A stretch of 64,000 nt of DNA from an uncultured Methanoregulaceae archaeon (lineage in GTDB: Archaea; Halobacteriota; Methanomicrobia; Methanomicrobiales; Methanospirillaceae). The translations under genes and the position numbers were made by a program. Below the pieces are notes generated by a model. It was given only the letters and a program-made list of their open reading frames with translations. It did not search any database and had not been told where the DNA came from. The stretch spans positions 2,112,001-2,176,000 of the forward strand of contig OY970061.1 of NCBI GenBank assembly GCA_963705255.1. The letters run 5' to 3'. Positions 21,799 to 32,906 of this stretch are shown piece by piece (within the stretch, counting starts at the first letter, position 1; each line of letters begins with the position of its first letter).

Positions 21799-22989
21799 TC
21801 ACGATTTTGCCCTGAGGCTTTCCAGATTCTTCATTTTAATATCGAGATAATCAAGGGCATCGCGGCTGGTGATATATCCAAGATCAGAATTCTTCAGGAC
21901 GAGCGAGACGAATCGGTGCCCTTTCTCGTCAAAACATTTTTTGTCAAGAGAGATCGCCGGCCCGCCCTTTTTCGCACTTTGTTTTTGTCTCTCTTTAGCA
22001 AGAGTTTTCTTCAATAGGGCATCCGCCCGGATCTTATCGCGCTCAGTCCTGAACTTATCCGGGCTGATATAATCAAGCGTGAGCAACCGCATCAGGGCCG
22101 ACTCTTTACTGATCTTTAGCATGTTTGCCAATGAGCCGGCAATCCGGGAATAATGGGCATTTTTCAGAAATGTCTCAATACCGAACTCTTTTTTGAGAAA
22201 ATCTTCCGGGACTAAAAATGCTCCGGCGAACCGGTTACACCAGTATTCAATCCCTTTAATCTCTTTATTGTCTATTTCATCGCTGTCCCGGTTGCAGACA
22301 GCTGATTGATTTAAGAGAATATGCCCGTATTCATGGAAGAGCGTGAATATCTTTGCATTCGGCGCATCCGATTCATTGACAACAATGACAAACGGTTCGA
22401 CTTCTGTAAGAGAAAAACCACGGGCATCCTCAATGGGCATCTTCAGCTGGAGAATCATGATATTTTTCTGTTCGAACCAGTCTCTCCAGATTTGGAAAAG
22501 TTTTGTTGATGTGCTGGTTCTGATCTGAGCCATATCTATTGGCAAATCTACTCTTTCATCGTTGGCGACAATCTCTGGATTATCCTGTATGATACGGTTC
22601 CTGACTTTAACACGCACATCGCTACCCAGATTCTCCATCAGCTCGCGGCGGACTTTCTGTAATCTCCGGGCTTTCCGGATCGCAAGATGCGTCTCTCTTG
22701 AAAAATCTCCCTGAGCGCCGGAAAGTTTCCGGAAGTCCGGAAGGGTTGTAATCTCCTCAGGAGGTTTCGAGAGCAGGAAGGCTGCAAGTGGTCGTTTGAA
22801 TGCTTCAGAGAGCTTCTCGACTTTGGTCAAAGGCAAAACCGGATTCGCCTTTCCCTCGCACCAGTTCCGCACATCTTCTTCCTGAACTTCGATACGTTTG
22901 GCAATGTCCTTAGCAGGCCACCCGGAAGTACCACACAGCCACCGGAATACCTCGGGAGTGATCGATACCTCAATAGAAGCGCGTGACAT
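21799..22989 (-). CDS. XRE-HTH + ImmA/IrrE zinc metallopeptidase
   Basis: N-terminal HTH, PDFR, RGFSL, FTLFHEYGH (HExxH), EYWCNRFAGAFLVP. Confidence 0.9.
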   Translation of the reverse strand: MSRASIEVSITPEVFRWLCGTSGWPAKDIAKRIEVQEEDVRNWCEGKANPVLPLTKVEKLSEAFKRPLAAFLLSKPPEEITTLPDFRKLSGAQGDFSRETHLAIRKARRLQKVRRELMENLGSDVRVKVRNRIIQDNPEIVANDERVDLPIDMAQIRTSTSTKLFQIWRDWFEQKNIMILQLKMPIEDARGFSLTEVEPFVIVVNESDAPNAKIFTLFHEYGHILLNQSAVCNRDSDEIDNKEIKGIEYWCNRFAGAFLVPEDFLKKEFGIETFLKNAHYSRIAGSLANMLKISKESALMRLLTLDYISPDKFRTERDKIRADALLKKTLAKERQKQSAKKGGPAISLDKKCFDEKGHRFVSLVLKNSDLGYITSRDALDYLDIKMKNLESLRAKS

Positions 22990-23127
22990 AGTATTCAGAC
23001 TATAGAGAGAGTTTTGTGATAATCTATTAAAAGATAACCCGGAAGCGGAGAAAGTGCGTGAGGTTTTATCGTCACGTTCGTGACCGGGATGTTGGAAATC
23101 CGTTTCTGGTCATCAGACCCGAACCAC

Positions 23128-23211
23128 AAGATCCCATCAGGGATCTTCGACTTCCGAAGAATTGAACGAAGCGAGATTCGAGGAGGAGAAGATCCCATCA
23201 GGGATCTTCGA
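23128..23211. repeat. Two copies of a 23-bp palindromic repeat
   Basis: AAGATCCCATCAGGGATCTTCGA at 23128-23150 and 23189-23211, 38-bp spacer. Confidence 0.75.
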
Positions 23212-23646
23212 TTTTCGTTTCTCAGTCGTAAAAACACCCCCGGATCTGAAAAACGGCTGCCAAGGCATCCCGGAGGGACGATCTCCCTGAAAATGACCTG
23301 CAGGTTGTCTCAAAAAACCGGATCGGTACAGGCCCGCTATTTTGCAGGTTGAAATGGGGTTAAAATCGCCCCATTTTGAAAAATATTCCCTATACATAGG
23401 ATTTTCTATCGGCGTGGACATAATTTCCACTCCACCAAAAAATGACCTTCGTCCTTTTGGCAAAAGGAGCGTTTTATGGGTATATCTGGTTTCAACCATC
23501 CTCACCCTCCATCCATATGACGTGGGGGATATCATTCCGGCACCCTATGACAACCTGCGGGTCGCATGCCTTCCGGAAGTGGCGGTTTATAGGAATTCCA
23601 TGCTTGATTTAGAAATACCTATAAGTTCCCAAATCTCCACGCTAGT

Positions 23647-24730
23647 ATGAGACGCTGCCCCTATTGCGGGACAACAATTGCCTGCGATGACAATTTTTGT
23701 TATCTGTGCCAGCGTCCGTTTGAATCCCCCCCGCCCAAAGATTCCACGCACCCGATCCTTGACCTCTCCAAAGATGAATGGAGAAAGCCCCTCGTATCTG
23801 CGGCCCTGTCCCTTGTCGGCGTGGGCCTCGGACAATTCTACAATGGTGAGACCGTCAAGGGGCTCGTATTTCTCCTGGGTGTGCTGGGCGCCCTTTTCGC
23901 CATGCCGGTATATACGGCATTTGACCTCCGCATCGTTATGGTGATCGTCTGGGCAGTGGCGGTCCTCGATGCCTACCTGAGCGCAAAAAAGATCAACCAG
24001 CTGAAAAAGGAGTTCCGGAAAAGGAGCATCCTGTTCTGGCCGGAGGTGGCCGGCCTTGTCATCATTGCCGGATTTTTCATCATTCTTGCCGTTGCTCCGC
24101 ACGTGGCAGCACAAAGCATATCGCTTGCGGCGGGTGAAGTTGCAACCACAAAATACCCGGTCTACGCAGTCCCCCTCTACGAATCCGCCATCGCCCTCTC
24201 GCCGAACGACACGGCAATACGGATGGACGAAGCGGGTCTCATGCAATCCCTTGGCAGGGACGGGGAAGCCCGGCAGGACCTGGAGTACATCATGGCCACG
24301 AACCCGAATGAAACCGCCCCGATCGTGATGACCGGCAATATTCTCTATGACCAGGGCCAGTACCGAGGAATCCATCCGGTATTTTGAGAAGGCGTTGTCA
24401 GTCAACGGGAACGACGCACAGATCTGGATACGGAAGGGCGACGCAAGTCTCGCAATCTCGATCAGGGAGAATCGGAAGATCCGGGCGAATTTCCAGGCAC
24501 TCACCACGAATAACCAGGATTCTGGGGCGGCATCCAATGAGACCCTGGACACCTTAGAATCCACGCAGTCCTATCAGGACGCGATTGAGTCCTACAACCA
24601 GGCGATCAAAATTGATCCGTTCGTCAGCGTGGAAATTTCCTCGCACATCTTTGCCGCCACTCAGGACCTCCTGAACACAGAACAGGGTATCGTAAACGAT
24701 ATGAGCAACGGAAATACGACCCCGGGGTGA
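23647..24730 (+). CDS. Zn-ribbon membrane protein with TPR repeats, frameshift near 24365
   Basis: CPYCG...C..C, GLGQFYNG TM region, TPR-like repeats continuing in ORF 24347..24730. Confidence 0.75.
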
Positions 24731-24971
24731 TCCGGAAAACGGCCCCCGGTTCCCCGCGATGGTGTTATACCCCTCGGCAAAAACCGGGGCGGTTTGCGGG
24801 GCGCTATTTTGCAGGTGTAGCAATCGTTTTAATCAAATATTTTTGAAAATAAGCCATGAATCTCACGATCTTCCACAGGCGTGGACATGCTTTCCACTCC
24901 CCCCGGAAATGACCTTTGTCTGTTTGGCAAAAGGAGCCCGTTTCGGGCTTTTCCGACTTCAGCCCCCGGTA

Positions 24972-25481
24972 TCACCATCCTTCCGGAGGGGTATATCTAT
25001 CCTGTAGGGTGCCTCCTTCCAGTACCTCTTCCCGGAAGTGGGTGTTCCGGTAATTCTCCGCAGTGTTGATCTCTATCTCCGCGGTGGTGTCGGGCAGGAT
25101 GTAGAACCGGCGCCAGGTCCGCTCGTTCTGGGTACGAACCCAGAGCTCGCGGACGATGTACGGCGGGAGGGGAAGTGTCCGGAGATCCGCGACATCGTCC
25201 GGGAACTTGTTCTCGATGATGCAGTCATCGGAGAGGCCGTACCGCACTTTTTTCAGTCTCACGGCAACCATTATTGCCGGCCTGTAGATCAGGCCATCGA
25301 ACCGCACGGACGGATCGGTATTGTCCGTCCAGTGGTAGCCCATGCGTTCGGCACACTCTTTCGCTTCATCGTTCAGGCTGGCGCTGCCGGGCGTCCCCGC
25401 ATAATCGATCTCCTCTGGATGTGGCGTGAAATATTCACGCGGAAATATTTCTCTAAGAGAATGAACCGGAAGTTGATGCAC
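24972..25481 (-). CDS. Hypothetical protein
   Basis: ORF with host-like codon usage; possibly a degenerate PD-(D/E)xK fold. The 3' end may be frameshifted. Confidence 0.5.
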   Translation of the reverse strand: MHQLPVHSLREIFPREYFTPHPEEIDYAGTPGSASLNDEAKECAERMGYHWTDNTDPSVRFDGLIYRPAIMVAVRLKKVRYGLSDDCIIENKFPDDVADLRTLPLPPYIVRELWVRTQNERTWRRFYILPDTTAEIEINTAENYRNTHFREEVLEGGTLQDRYTPPEGW

Positions 25482-25617
25482 TTTCCTGTTTCGAAAGCAT
25501 CGGTCTTTGCGACCCGGGGCGACCTTCAGTCGCCAATGTCCAATCAGAATTCCCGATCGACCATCCGGTCCCCCGAGTCAGTTCAGGTACATAAGCATTC
25601 CCCTGTATCAGATGCGA

Positions 25618-26748
25618 TTAGTGTTCCGCAGCGATCCGGTACGCTCCCTTCGGCACAACAATCTCAAACCGTGCTCCCTTGCCCGGCTCTCCTGTTTCGC
25701 GGATCCTGATGCCGGTAAAATCAAGAATTTCGCGGGAAAGGGCTAAACCGAGTCCGGCGCTCTTCCCGAAACCCTGGTCGAAGATCCTCTCCTTCTCCTG
25801 AGCCGGCACACCGTCACCATCGTCTTCGCACAGGATAACGCAGTTATCATCGGATTTCTCCACAGAGAAACGAACGGTCGTGATCTTCCCGCCATACTTC
25901 ACCGCATTGTCCATGAGGTTGTAAAAGATATTGGCGATGAGGGCATCGGTGAAGACTTCGGTCCCGGCAGGAATATCATTTACGAGCCGCAGGTGCCCGG
26001 TCGCTCCCTCTTTTTCTGCGGCCTCCACGATTGCACGGGCATCCGCCCAGACCGGAGTATTGATCCCCATCTCCTCGTATCTCTCGGTGAACCGGATAAT
26101 GGAGGAGATCCGATCAGTAGCGGACCCGATCTTTTTAAAATAGTCATGGTATGTGGTGTCAGGCAGCTTCTTCTCCAGCATCCCATGGTATAAGTGCAGT
26201 ACCGTCAGCTGGCTGATGATATCGTGCCGCGTGATGCTGGAGAGAAGTTTGAGCTTCTTGTTTGCAGCGTCCAGAGACTGGTTGTAAAATTTCATGAGTT
26301 CCATCTCATGGTACTCCATCTCCTTTTCAACTACCTCACTGACCCCCAGTGCTTCCTCAACTTTCTTCCGGGAAACAGCATAACGAATCTTGTTCGAAAG
26401 CTCGGCAAACTGGCTTTTCGGGTCACCGCCTTTCTGGAGATAAAAATCCGCACCATTGTTGAGGGCCTCGATGACCACCTCTTCCCGCCCTCTCCCGGTG
26501 AAGATGATGAACGGTGTTGTATCCCCAGATTCCCTGAGCTGCTTGAGGAACCCGATGCCATCTATCTCCGGCATCTGGTAATCTGAGATGATGGCGTCAT
26601 ATCGTTTTGTCTTCAGATGGATGAGCGCCTCGCTGGCAGATGTGAGCGTATCGACAGCGAACGAACCCTCACTCTCAAGGAAGAGTTTGCTGAGCTCCAG
26701 TAAGCCGGGCTCGTCATCCACATAGAGGACCCGGATCGTATCCGCCAT
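25618..26748 (-). CDS. Hybrid response regulator/histidine kinase
   Basis: REC domain VLYVDDE...SDYQMP; H-box RHDI; NLMDNAVKY, EDDGDG, GLGL. Confidence 0.92.
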   Translation of the reverse strand: MADTIRVLYVDDEPGLLELSKLFLESEGSFAVDTLTSASEALIHLKTKRYDAIISDYQMPEIDGIGFLKQLRESGDTTPFIIFTGRGREEVVIEALNNGADFYLQKGGDPKSQFAELSNKIRYAVSRKKVEEALGVSEVVEKEMEYHEMELMKFYNQSLDAANKKLKLLSSITRHDIISQLTVLHLYHGMLEKKLPDTTYHDYFKKIGSATDRISSIIRFTERYEEMGINTPVWADARAIVEAAEKEGATGHLRLVNDIPAGTEVFTDALIANIFYNLMDNAVKYGGKITTVRFSVEKSDDNCVILCEDDGDGVPAQEKERIFDQGFGKSAGLGLALSREILDFTGIRIRETGEPGKGARFEIVVPKGAYRIAAEH

Positions 26749-29700
26749 TATGCGCTCCTTCCCGCGACACGCCACATACCTTTCGGCACCACGATCTCAA
26801 ACCGTGCCCCCTTCCCGGGATCGCCGGTTTCCCGGATAGAGATACCGGTGATATCGAGGATCTCCCGCGAAAGTGCCAGGCCAAGCCCCGAGTTCTTCCC
26901 GAACCCCCGCGCGAAGATCCGCTCCTTGTCATCAGCAGGGACGCCATCACCATCATCCTCACAGACAATGATCTGGTTTCCATCCTGCTCGTGCACAGTA
27001 AACCGGACTGCCGTGATCTTCCCGCCATACCGTACGGCGTTATCCATCAGGTTGTAAAAGACTTTGGCGATAAGCGGGTCGGCGAATACTTCCGTGCCGG
27101 CAGGGATGTCGTTTTTCACCATGACCCTGGCACGAAGGGTCTCCTTTGATGCAGTGTCCACGAGTGCCCGGCAGTCGTGCCAGAGAGGGGCATTTACCCC
27201 TATCTTCTCGTAGTCTTTGGTGAACTCGATCATGGCGGAAATCCTGGTACACGTGTCCGCGATCCGGGTGAAATAGTCATCGAGAGCGGGATCCGGGGTC
27301 CTGGCATGGAGTAACTCAAGGAAACCATTCAAAGCCAGAAGCTGGTTGCTGATATCGTGCCGCGTAATAGCGGAGAGGAGGTTGAGTTTTTTGTTTGCCT
27401 GCCGGAGCGCCTCCTCTGCCAGTTTACGATCGGTGATATCGACGAAGGATTCTATCAGGACCTCCTTTTCCCCCAGTATCGTCCTGGAAACGCTTTTGAG
27501 GATGGGCAATCGCTCTCCCTGCTGGTTGAGAAGGAGGCGTTCAGAGGATTCGATCGCCTGCCCCAGATCGGTAACCGGGCATTGGGATGATTCGGCAGGA
27601 CAAATGAAGCGGTGGCACACCGAACCTGAAACCGATTCGCTGTTGCCTCCGATCATCTCGAGAGCTTTGGGGTTGGCGTCAAGGATTGTATGGGTATGGG
27701 GATCGATGATGATGATACCGGACTGCAACGAATGGAGGATCGTACGGAACCGCTCCTCGCTCACCCGGAGCGCCTGCGTTGCGGTCCTCCGCTCGTCTTC
27801 AATTGCGATGGCCTGTGCAAGGAACGACAGGATCTCCAGTTCCTGCGGGGAGGGCGAATAGATGTCCTGGTACACGACGCAGAGTGACCCGAGGAATTTC
27901 TCACCGATTTTTACCGGAATACCAATATAGGTCTGCAGCTGATACCGTCCGACATTCGGGTCGGTATCCGCATAGGAGGACGTCATCAGGTTGGTAATAA
28001 TCGCAGGAGAGCTGCTCCCCTCCAGGATTACATCATTGCATATATGCCCTTCCGGCAGATCGCAGGGGGGAAAATCTGCCGGAGTATTCCACATTCCCAG
28101 CGAGCGGAGCATACCGCCTTCGAGCCGGTTATAGAGTGCACAGGTCCCCTGAAGCATCCTGCCCGCGAGGCCCGTCAGGATATTGATATTGCTTACGGGG
28201 TCTGGAGAGAATGACAAAAATGCCCTGTTCACTTCCGATAACCGCTCTTCGGCCAGCCTGCGGGGAGTGATGTCCTCGATTTGCGCAAGGTAGAAGCGCA
28301 GGGTGCCGTCCTCATTCCTGATGGTTGTTACTTTGAGGGCCCCCCAGAGGGTACTGCCGTCTTTCCTGACGTACCGTTTTTCCGTACTATATTCAGGAAT
28401 AGTACCTGCCTCCAGCGCCCGGATGCCTTCAATATCTCCGGCGAGATCATCCGAATGAGTGATGTCCTTGAATGACATCTTCCGGAATTCCTCTTCCGTG
28501 TGCCCCATCATCGATACCCATGCCGGATTGACAAGCAGGAACCGAAAATCCGGCAGGGCGAGCGTCATACCGAGCGATGTGTTCTCAAAGATCTTTCTGA
28601 ACTTCTCCTCGCTCTCCCTGAGCGCCGTCTCCGCCTGCTGCCGGTCGGTGATATCCCGGATGGTAACGATAAAACCATCCGGGCGGTCGTCTGCACCGGG
28701 AAAGATTCCATGGCTGCTCTCGACAAAAAACGACGACCCGTCCCTGCGCCTGACCCGGTACGTAACCGCATGCCGGAACTTCCCGTCAAGGAGCTCCACC
28801 ATGGTCTTCCGAACCAGCTCGTGGTATTCCGGCTCCACCCAGTCAAAGACGCTGGTTCCGACCGCTTCATCCATGGATGAGACACGGAACACCCTGAGGG
28901 CTTCAGGGGAAGCAATAGTGATCCGCCCGGTGAGGTCAAAGAGAATGATCCCGTCCGGGGAGATCTCAAAGAGGGTCCGGAAACGTGCTTCGCTTTCCTG
29001 GACTTTTATCTGGAATGCTGCGAGCTGGTCATAGTTCTGGCGCAGTTCCTCCTCGCTCGCAGTCAGTTCCTCAAATGCAGCGGCAAGTTCCTGGTTTTTT
29101 TGGTGAAGTTCTTCTTCGGCCCGTTTCAGCTTCGTCACTTCCACGGTCACGGTCAGGATGGCGGACCTGTTGTTGATGGTGACCGGGAGGGTAGAAAACT
29201 GAACGTGAACCCGTTTCCCCCTCTTTCCCACGAGAACCATCGGGACATTCTCGAGCCTGCCCGACAACACCAGGTGCGAAGAGAGCCTGCCAAAATCCAG
29301 AAGTGAGAGCATCCCCATCTCTATCGGGGTCTTTCCCAGGACTTCGGCTTCCGGGTACCCGCTGCTCTGCAGGAAAGCTGCATTGACAGCGATGAATTTT
29401 CCATCCGGGATACTGTTGATGGAGATGGGATACGGGCTGTTCTCAAAAATGGTCCGGAACTTCTCTTCACTCTCTGCGAGCGCATTTTCCGCCTGCCTCT
29501 TTTTTATGGCATAGCGGACCTTGTTCGAAAGCTCGACGAATTGTGCTTTTGACTCACCGCCTTTCTGGAGATAAAAATCAGCACCGTTATTGAGCGCTTC
29601 GATGACAACCTCTTCACGCCCTCTCCCGGTATATACGATGAACGGTGTCGTATTACCGGATGCCTTGAGCTGCTTGAGGAACGTGATGCCGTCCATCTCC

Positions 29701-29879
29701 GGCATCTGGTAATCCGAGATGATGGCGTCGTACTGCCTGGTTTTCAACAGTCTGAGAGCCTCGTTGGCAGACGTGAGCGTATCAACGGAAAAATCTCCCT
29801 CGCTCTCAAGGAAGAGGCGGGTGATCTCAAGCAGGCTGGGTTCGTCGTCCACGTAGAGAACCCGGTACGCATCAGTCAT
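26748..29879 (-). CDS. Hybrid REC-PAS-GAF-PAS histidine kinase
   Basis: REC domain, several PAS/PAC (DITDR) units, GAF (YIGIPV), H-box RHDISN, HATPase. Confidence 0.93.
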   Translation of the reverse strand: MTDAYRVLYVDDEPSLLEITRLFLESEGDFSVDTLTSANEALRLLKTRQYDAIISDYQMPEMDGITFLKQLKASGNTTPFIVYTGRGREEVVIEALNNGADFYLQKGGESKAQFVELSNKVRYAIKKRQAENALAESEEKFRTIFENSPYPISINSIPDGKFIAVNAAFLQSSGYPEAEVLGKTPIEMGMLSLLDFGRLSSHLVLSGRLENVPMVLVGKRGKRVHVQFSTLPVTINNRSAILTVTVEVTKLKRAEEELHQKNQELAAAFEELTASEEELRQNYDQLAAFQIKVQESEARFRTLFEISPDGIILFDLTGRITIASPEALRVFRVSSMDEAVGTSVFDWVEPEYHELVRKTMVELLDGKFRHAVTYRVRRRDGSSFFVESSHGIFPGADDRPDGFIVTIRDITDRQQAETALRESEEKFRKIFENTSLGMTLALPDFRFLLVNPAWVSMMGHTEEEFRKMSFKDITHSDDLAGDIEGIRALEAGTIPEYSTEKRYVRKDGSTLWGALKVTTIRNEDGTLRFYLAQIEDITPRRLAEERLSEVNRAFLSFSPDPVSNINILTGLAGRMLQGTCALYNRLEGGMLRSLGMWNTPADFPPCDLPEGHICNDVILEGSSSPAIITNLMTSSYADTDPNVGRYQLQTYIGIPVKIGEKFLGSLCVVYQDIYSPSPQELEILSFLAQAIAIEDERRTATQALRVSEERFRTILHSLQSGIIIIDPHTHTILDANPKALEMIGGNSESVSGSVCHRFICPAESSQCPVTDLGQAIESSERLLLNQQGERLPILKSVSRTILGEKEVLIESFVDITDRKLAEEALRQANKKLNLLSAITRHDISNQLLALNGFLELLHARTPDPALDDYFTRIADTCTRISAMIEFTKDYEKIGVNAPLWHDCRALVDTASKETLRARVMVKNDIPAGTEVFADPLIAKVFYNLMDNAVRYGGKITAVRFTVHEQDGNQIIVCEDDGDGVPADDKERIFARGFGKNSGLGLALSREILDITGISIRETGDPGKGARFEIVVPKGMWRVAGRSA

Positions 29880-30022
29880 TCTGCATGCCTCACTGCTCAG
29901 TAATCTATTCCTTTCGATTTTAAAATAATGCTAAAAAACTCCATGCAACGTATTCTTTTCCGGAATGGGGATATTTAGGAATTGGAAGGATTTTAGGCAA
30001 CAGAAATTCGTATACCGGGATC

Positions 30023-31246
30023 TTATAATCCCGGCTCTCCCCGGCACAGCGGCTTGGCCAGATGTCTCCGCGCAGTGGGCGGGACTTCGTACCAACCGGG
30101 TGCAAGTGCCCGCGAAATCTCCCGGACCTCCGGCTCTGCCGCCCGGGCTCCGCACTTCTTGCACTTCCACCCTTTACCTTTCCCGTCGCTCGTCATCCGC
30201 TTCTTGCATACAGTACAGAGCGGCGGGCGGATAGCCTCTGCCATCCCAAGCGATACAAGCTTGATCTTCTCGAGATTGATGCTGCCTTTCTTGAAACTCC
30301 CAAACGCGATCACCTCATCGCCCGGCAGCAGTTGCCTGACAATATGCCGGAAATTTTTTGTGGGCTCGTAGGTCATGCACCGCACGGGAAAATCCCCGTC
30401 TTTCATGATGAACGAGACATGCCCGCCCGCATGTGTCCTGGGAACACTGGTCACGTTCCCCGGCACAGAGTAGGAGAGCAGTTCGTGAAGATGCCCGGCC
30501 GTCCCGGGCAGCAGGTGGGCATCCGTCCCCTGGTTGGTGACCCAGATCTGCTCGATGCCGGGCGGCTCTGAACGGATCATCTGCCGGGCATGCATCACCC
30601 ATGCCGGGCTCTCGCCACGGATTCCGAACAGCACCGGGTCCGGCGTATGCGGGACGCAGACCACGACGTCGTTGACAACGTCTACCGTGTCCCAGGTATG
30701 CGGGAACGTGGCCTTCTCTGCGTCAAACAAACTCTCCCGGTCGACGTTGCGGGGCGTGCCCCAGCGCTCCGGCTTCCGGTAGACCAGGATCTCTGAGGTG
30801 CGGTCCGGCAGGTCGCTTGCCACCGCTGCCGTTGCACCGATCAGCCCGCGACGGTTCTTCCAGCCACGGTAGCGGGCACCTGAATCGTCGAGCACCCGGA
30901 TCGCCTCATCGATCTCGCAGAAATCCTTCACCGCACGCCGGTAGAATGCAGGGTCAGGTTGTTCTTCGACAACCACCAGACCGGGATTCGTATTCCCGCA
31001 CGAAAAATCGGCAAACTCCTCGACGGTCGCGCATGCGATCTCAAACGCCCGGTCTGCGTTGCCCTCCGCGTGTAACGCGATCGCCGCATTGCCCCGGGTC
31101 TTCCAGGTCACGTTCGGGTTGAGCCGGACGAGCCGGGCCTCCTTAACCTGCATATGCTCCCGGATCAGCCGTCGGGCCAGCACCGCCCCGAGGTACGTCG
31201 TGCACATCCCCTGCGGCGAGTCCGTGTCATCGATGCCGATCAGCAT
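30023..31246 (-). CDS. tiaS: tRNA(Ile2) agmatinylcytidine synthase
   Basis: IGIDDTDS..GMCTTY, RLNPNVTWKTRGN, PDPVLFGIRG, TNQGTDAH, Zn ribbon, RRHLAKP. Confidence 0.95.
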   Translation of the reverse strand: MLIGIDDTDSPQGMCTTYLGAVLARRLIREHMQVKEARLVRLNPNVTWKTRGNAAIALHAEGNADRAFEIACATVEEFADFSCGNTNPGLVVVEEQPDPAFYRRAVKDFCEIDEAIRVLDDSGARYRGWKNRRGLIGATAAVASDLPDRTSEILVYRKPERWGTPRNVDRESLFDAEKATFPHTWDTVDVVNDVVVCVPHTPDPVLFGIRGESPAWVMHARQMIRSEPPGIEQIWVTNQGTDAHLLPGTAGHLHELLSYSVPGNVTSVPRTHAGGHVSFIMKDGDFPVRCMTYEPTKNFRHIVRQLLPGDEVIAFGSFKKGSINLEKIKLVSLGMAEAIRPPLCTVCKKRMTSDGKGKGWKCKKCGARAAEPEVREISRALAPGWYEVPPTARRHLAKPLCRGEPGL

Positions 31247-31289
31247 GTCTATATTAATATATGGGCACGCTCCATCCATTTGTATCTAC

Positions 31290-32210
31290 ATGTCCCAGGA
31301 CCGCCAGCTCCAGCTGGTTACCAGCGTGATGATCACGGCAGGCTTCGATGTCTCCGAACGGTTCACCATCCGCCCGCGGAGTTTCGACCTCATCGCCCGC
31401 AACAACGGGACGCTGCTGGTCATCAAGGTGGTCTCCCACATCGATTCTGTGAGCGAGGAAGGGGCATTCGACCTCGAGCTGATCTCGCGCCATCTCGGCG
31501 GCGTCCCGCTGATCGTGGGCAAACGGGCCCGGGAAGCGGAGCTGGAGCGCGGGGCGGTGTACGTGCGGTACGGCATCTACGCGATCAGTCCCGCGACACT
31601 TTATGATTATTTCGTGGAGAAGATCCCGCCGCTCGTGTATGCGTCGCCCGGCGGGCTGTATGTCAATATTGATGGCGAAGTGCTGCGCGACCTCCGGGAA
31701 AAGCGCAACATGTCCCTTGGCGACCTCGGGCAGGTGCTCGGGGTCTCGAGGCGCACCATCAGCAAGTACGAGGGTGGGATGGGCACAACGCTTGACGTGG
31801 CGATCCGGATCGAGGAGTTCTTTAATACGGGCGTAGTCGAGTCCATCGATCTCATCCGGCACGAACCTCCGAAGGCAATGGAAGGAGAGCAGAAGGAGGT
31901 ACCGATCAGATCACCCATGGAATATCTCGAACAGCTGGGGATGCAGCTGCACACGCTCCATGGCGCCCCGTTCCAGGCCCTGCTCATGTTCGAGAAGCAT
32001 ACCATCCTCACCGGCTACGGCCCGGCCCAGAAGGTCGTAAAACGGGCAGCCCTGATCGGGAACCTCTCGAAGATCGCCAAGAAGCACGCGATGTGCGTCA
32101 TCACCGATTACCATAAGCAGAAAATGATCGGCAGGACGCTCGTGATCGGCGAGGAACGCCTGCACCGGATCCAGAACGGCTTTGAGCTGCTCGACCTGCT
32201 CGGGGATTGA
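31290..32210 (+). CDS. Archaeal HTH transcriptional regulator (COG1395-like)
   Basis: PRSFDLIAR, PGGLYV, XRE HTH SLGDLGQVLGVSRRTISKYE; divergent from tiaS. Confidence 0.85.
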   Translation: MSQDRQLQLVTSVMITAGFDVSERFTIRPRSFDLIARNNGTLLVIKVVSHIDSVSEEGAFDLELISRHLGGVPLIVGKRAREAELERGAVYVRYGIYAISPATLYDYFVEKIPPLVYASPGGLYVNIDGEVLRDLREKRNMSLGDLGQVLGVSRRTISKYEGGMGTTLDVAIRIEEFFNTGVVESIDLIRHEPPKAMEGEQKEVPIRSPMEYLEQLGMQLHTLHGAPFQALLMFEKHTILTGYGPAQKVVKRAALIGNLSKIAKKHAMCVITDYHKQKMIGRTLVIGEERLHRIQNGFELLDLLGD

Positions 32211-32761
32211 ATTTTTCGGGATTCCGATAGGTTGACGATTGAATTGAATGAAGAGAATTGAGCTGGACGATGTTCCCGGGCCGGACCGGTCATCGGTCCT
32301 GCCCGGCAGTCACTTCCCCGGTAGGGTGGTTCTACTGCCCCTTCATAGCCTCGTCAGGGAGACTCCCCCCTGTCACCCCTATTTTCAGGGTGGGTGGGAG
32401 ACTTACGATCGCCTGGAAAATAAATGTAGTCGAAGACTACGTCTTCTCCAGCTCTTACCTTCCTTCGGAAAGTAATCGCTCCGTAAAATGCCCCTTTTGG
32501 CAAACGGATCCCGATTTGAAAGCTCGGTTTTTTGATAGTCGCGTTTTTTTGCGAATTACAGAACACGGATCGGGAAATACTTGAAATTCAGGGGTTGTTT
32601 TCGATTCAAAGGATTTTAATCGCCCGGAAAAACGTCTAATTGTTGCCTTTTGGATGATCCGGGAACCGGGATCTTGGAGATCAGGTCGTGAAATGAAGTG
32701 GCAGGGGTGTGGGATCCAGGGTCACGGGATCAGAAATTTACGACGGTTGTTGCTTCCCAGT

Positions 32762-32896
32762 ATGCAGACTTATTATAATTATCTTAGGCCACATCAGGGA
32801 ATTGGCGGGATGGTTCCGGCACAGATGGCAAGCATCCCGATAAATCTTATAGGGAACCGGTGGGAAACGATGATCGGGTTAGCTGCAACAAAATAG
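32762..32896 (+). pseudogene. IS6-like transposase C-terminal remnant
   Basis: MQTYYNYLRPHQGIGGMVPAQMASIPINLIGNRWETMIGLA is near-identical to the C-terminus of 40908..42095. Confidence 0.9.
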
Positions 32897-32906
32897 GATA
32901 AATTTG

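Noticed and set aside
23128-23211. Possible mini-CRISPR array
   Set aside because: Only two repeats, no cas genes or AT-rich leader, and no typical repeat terminus.
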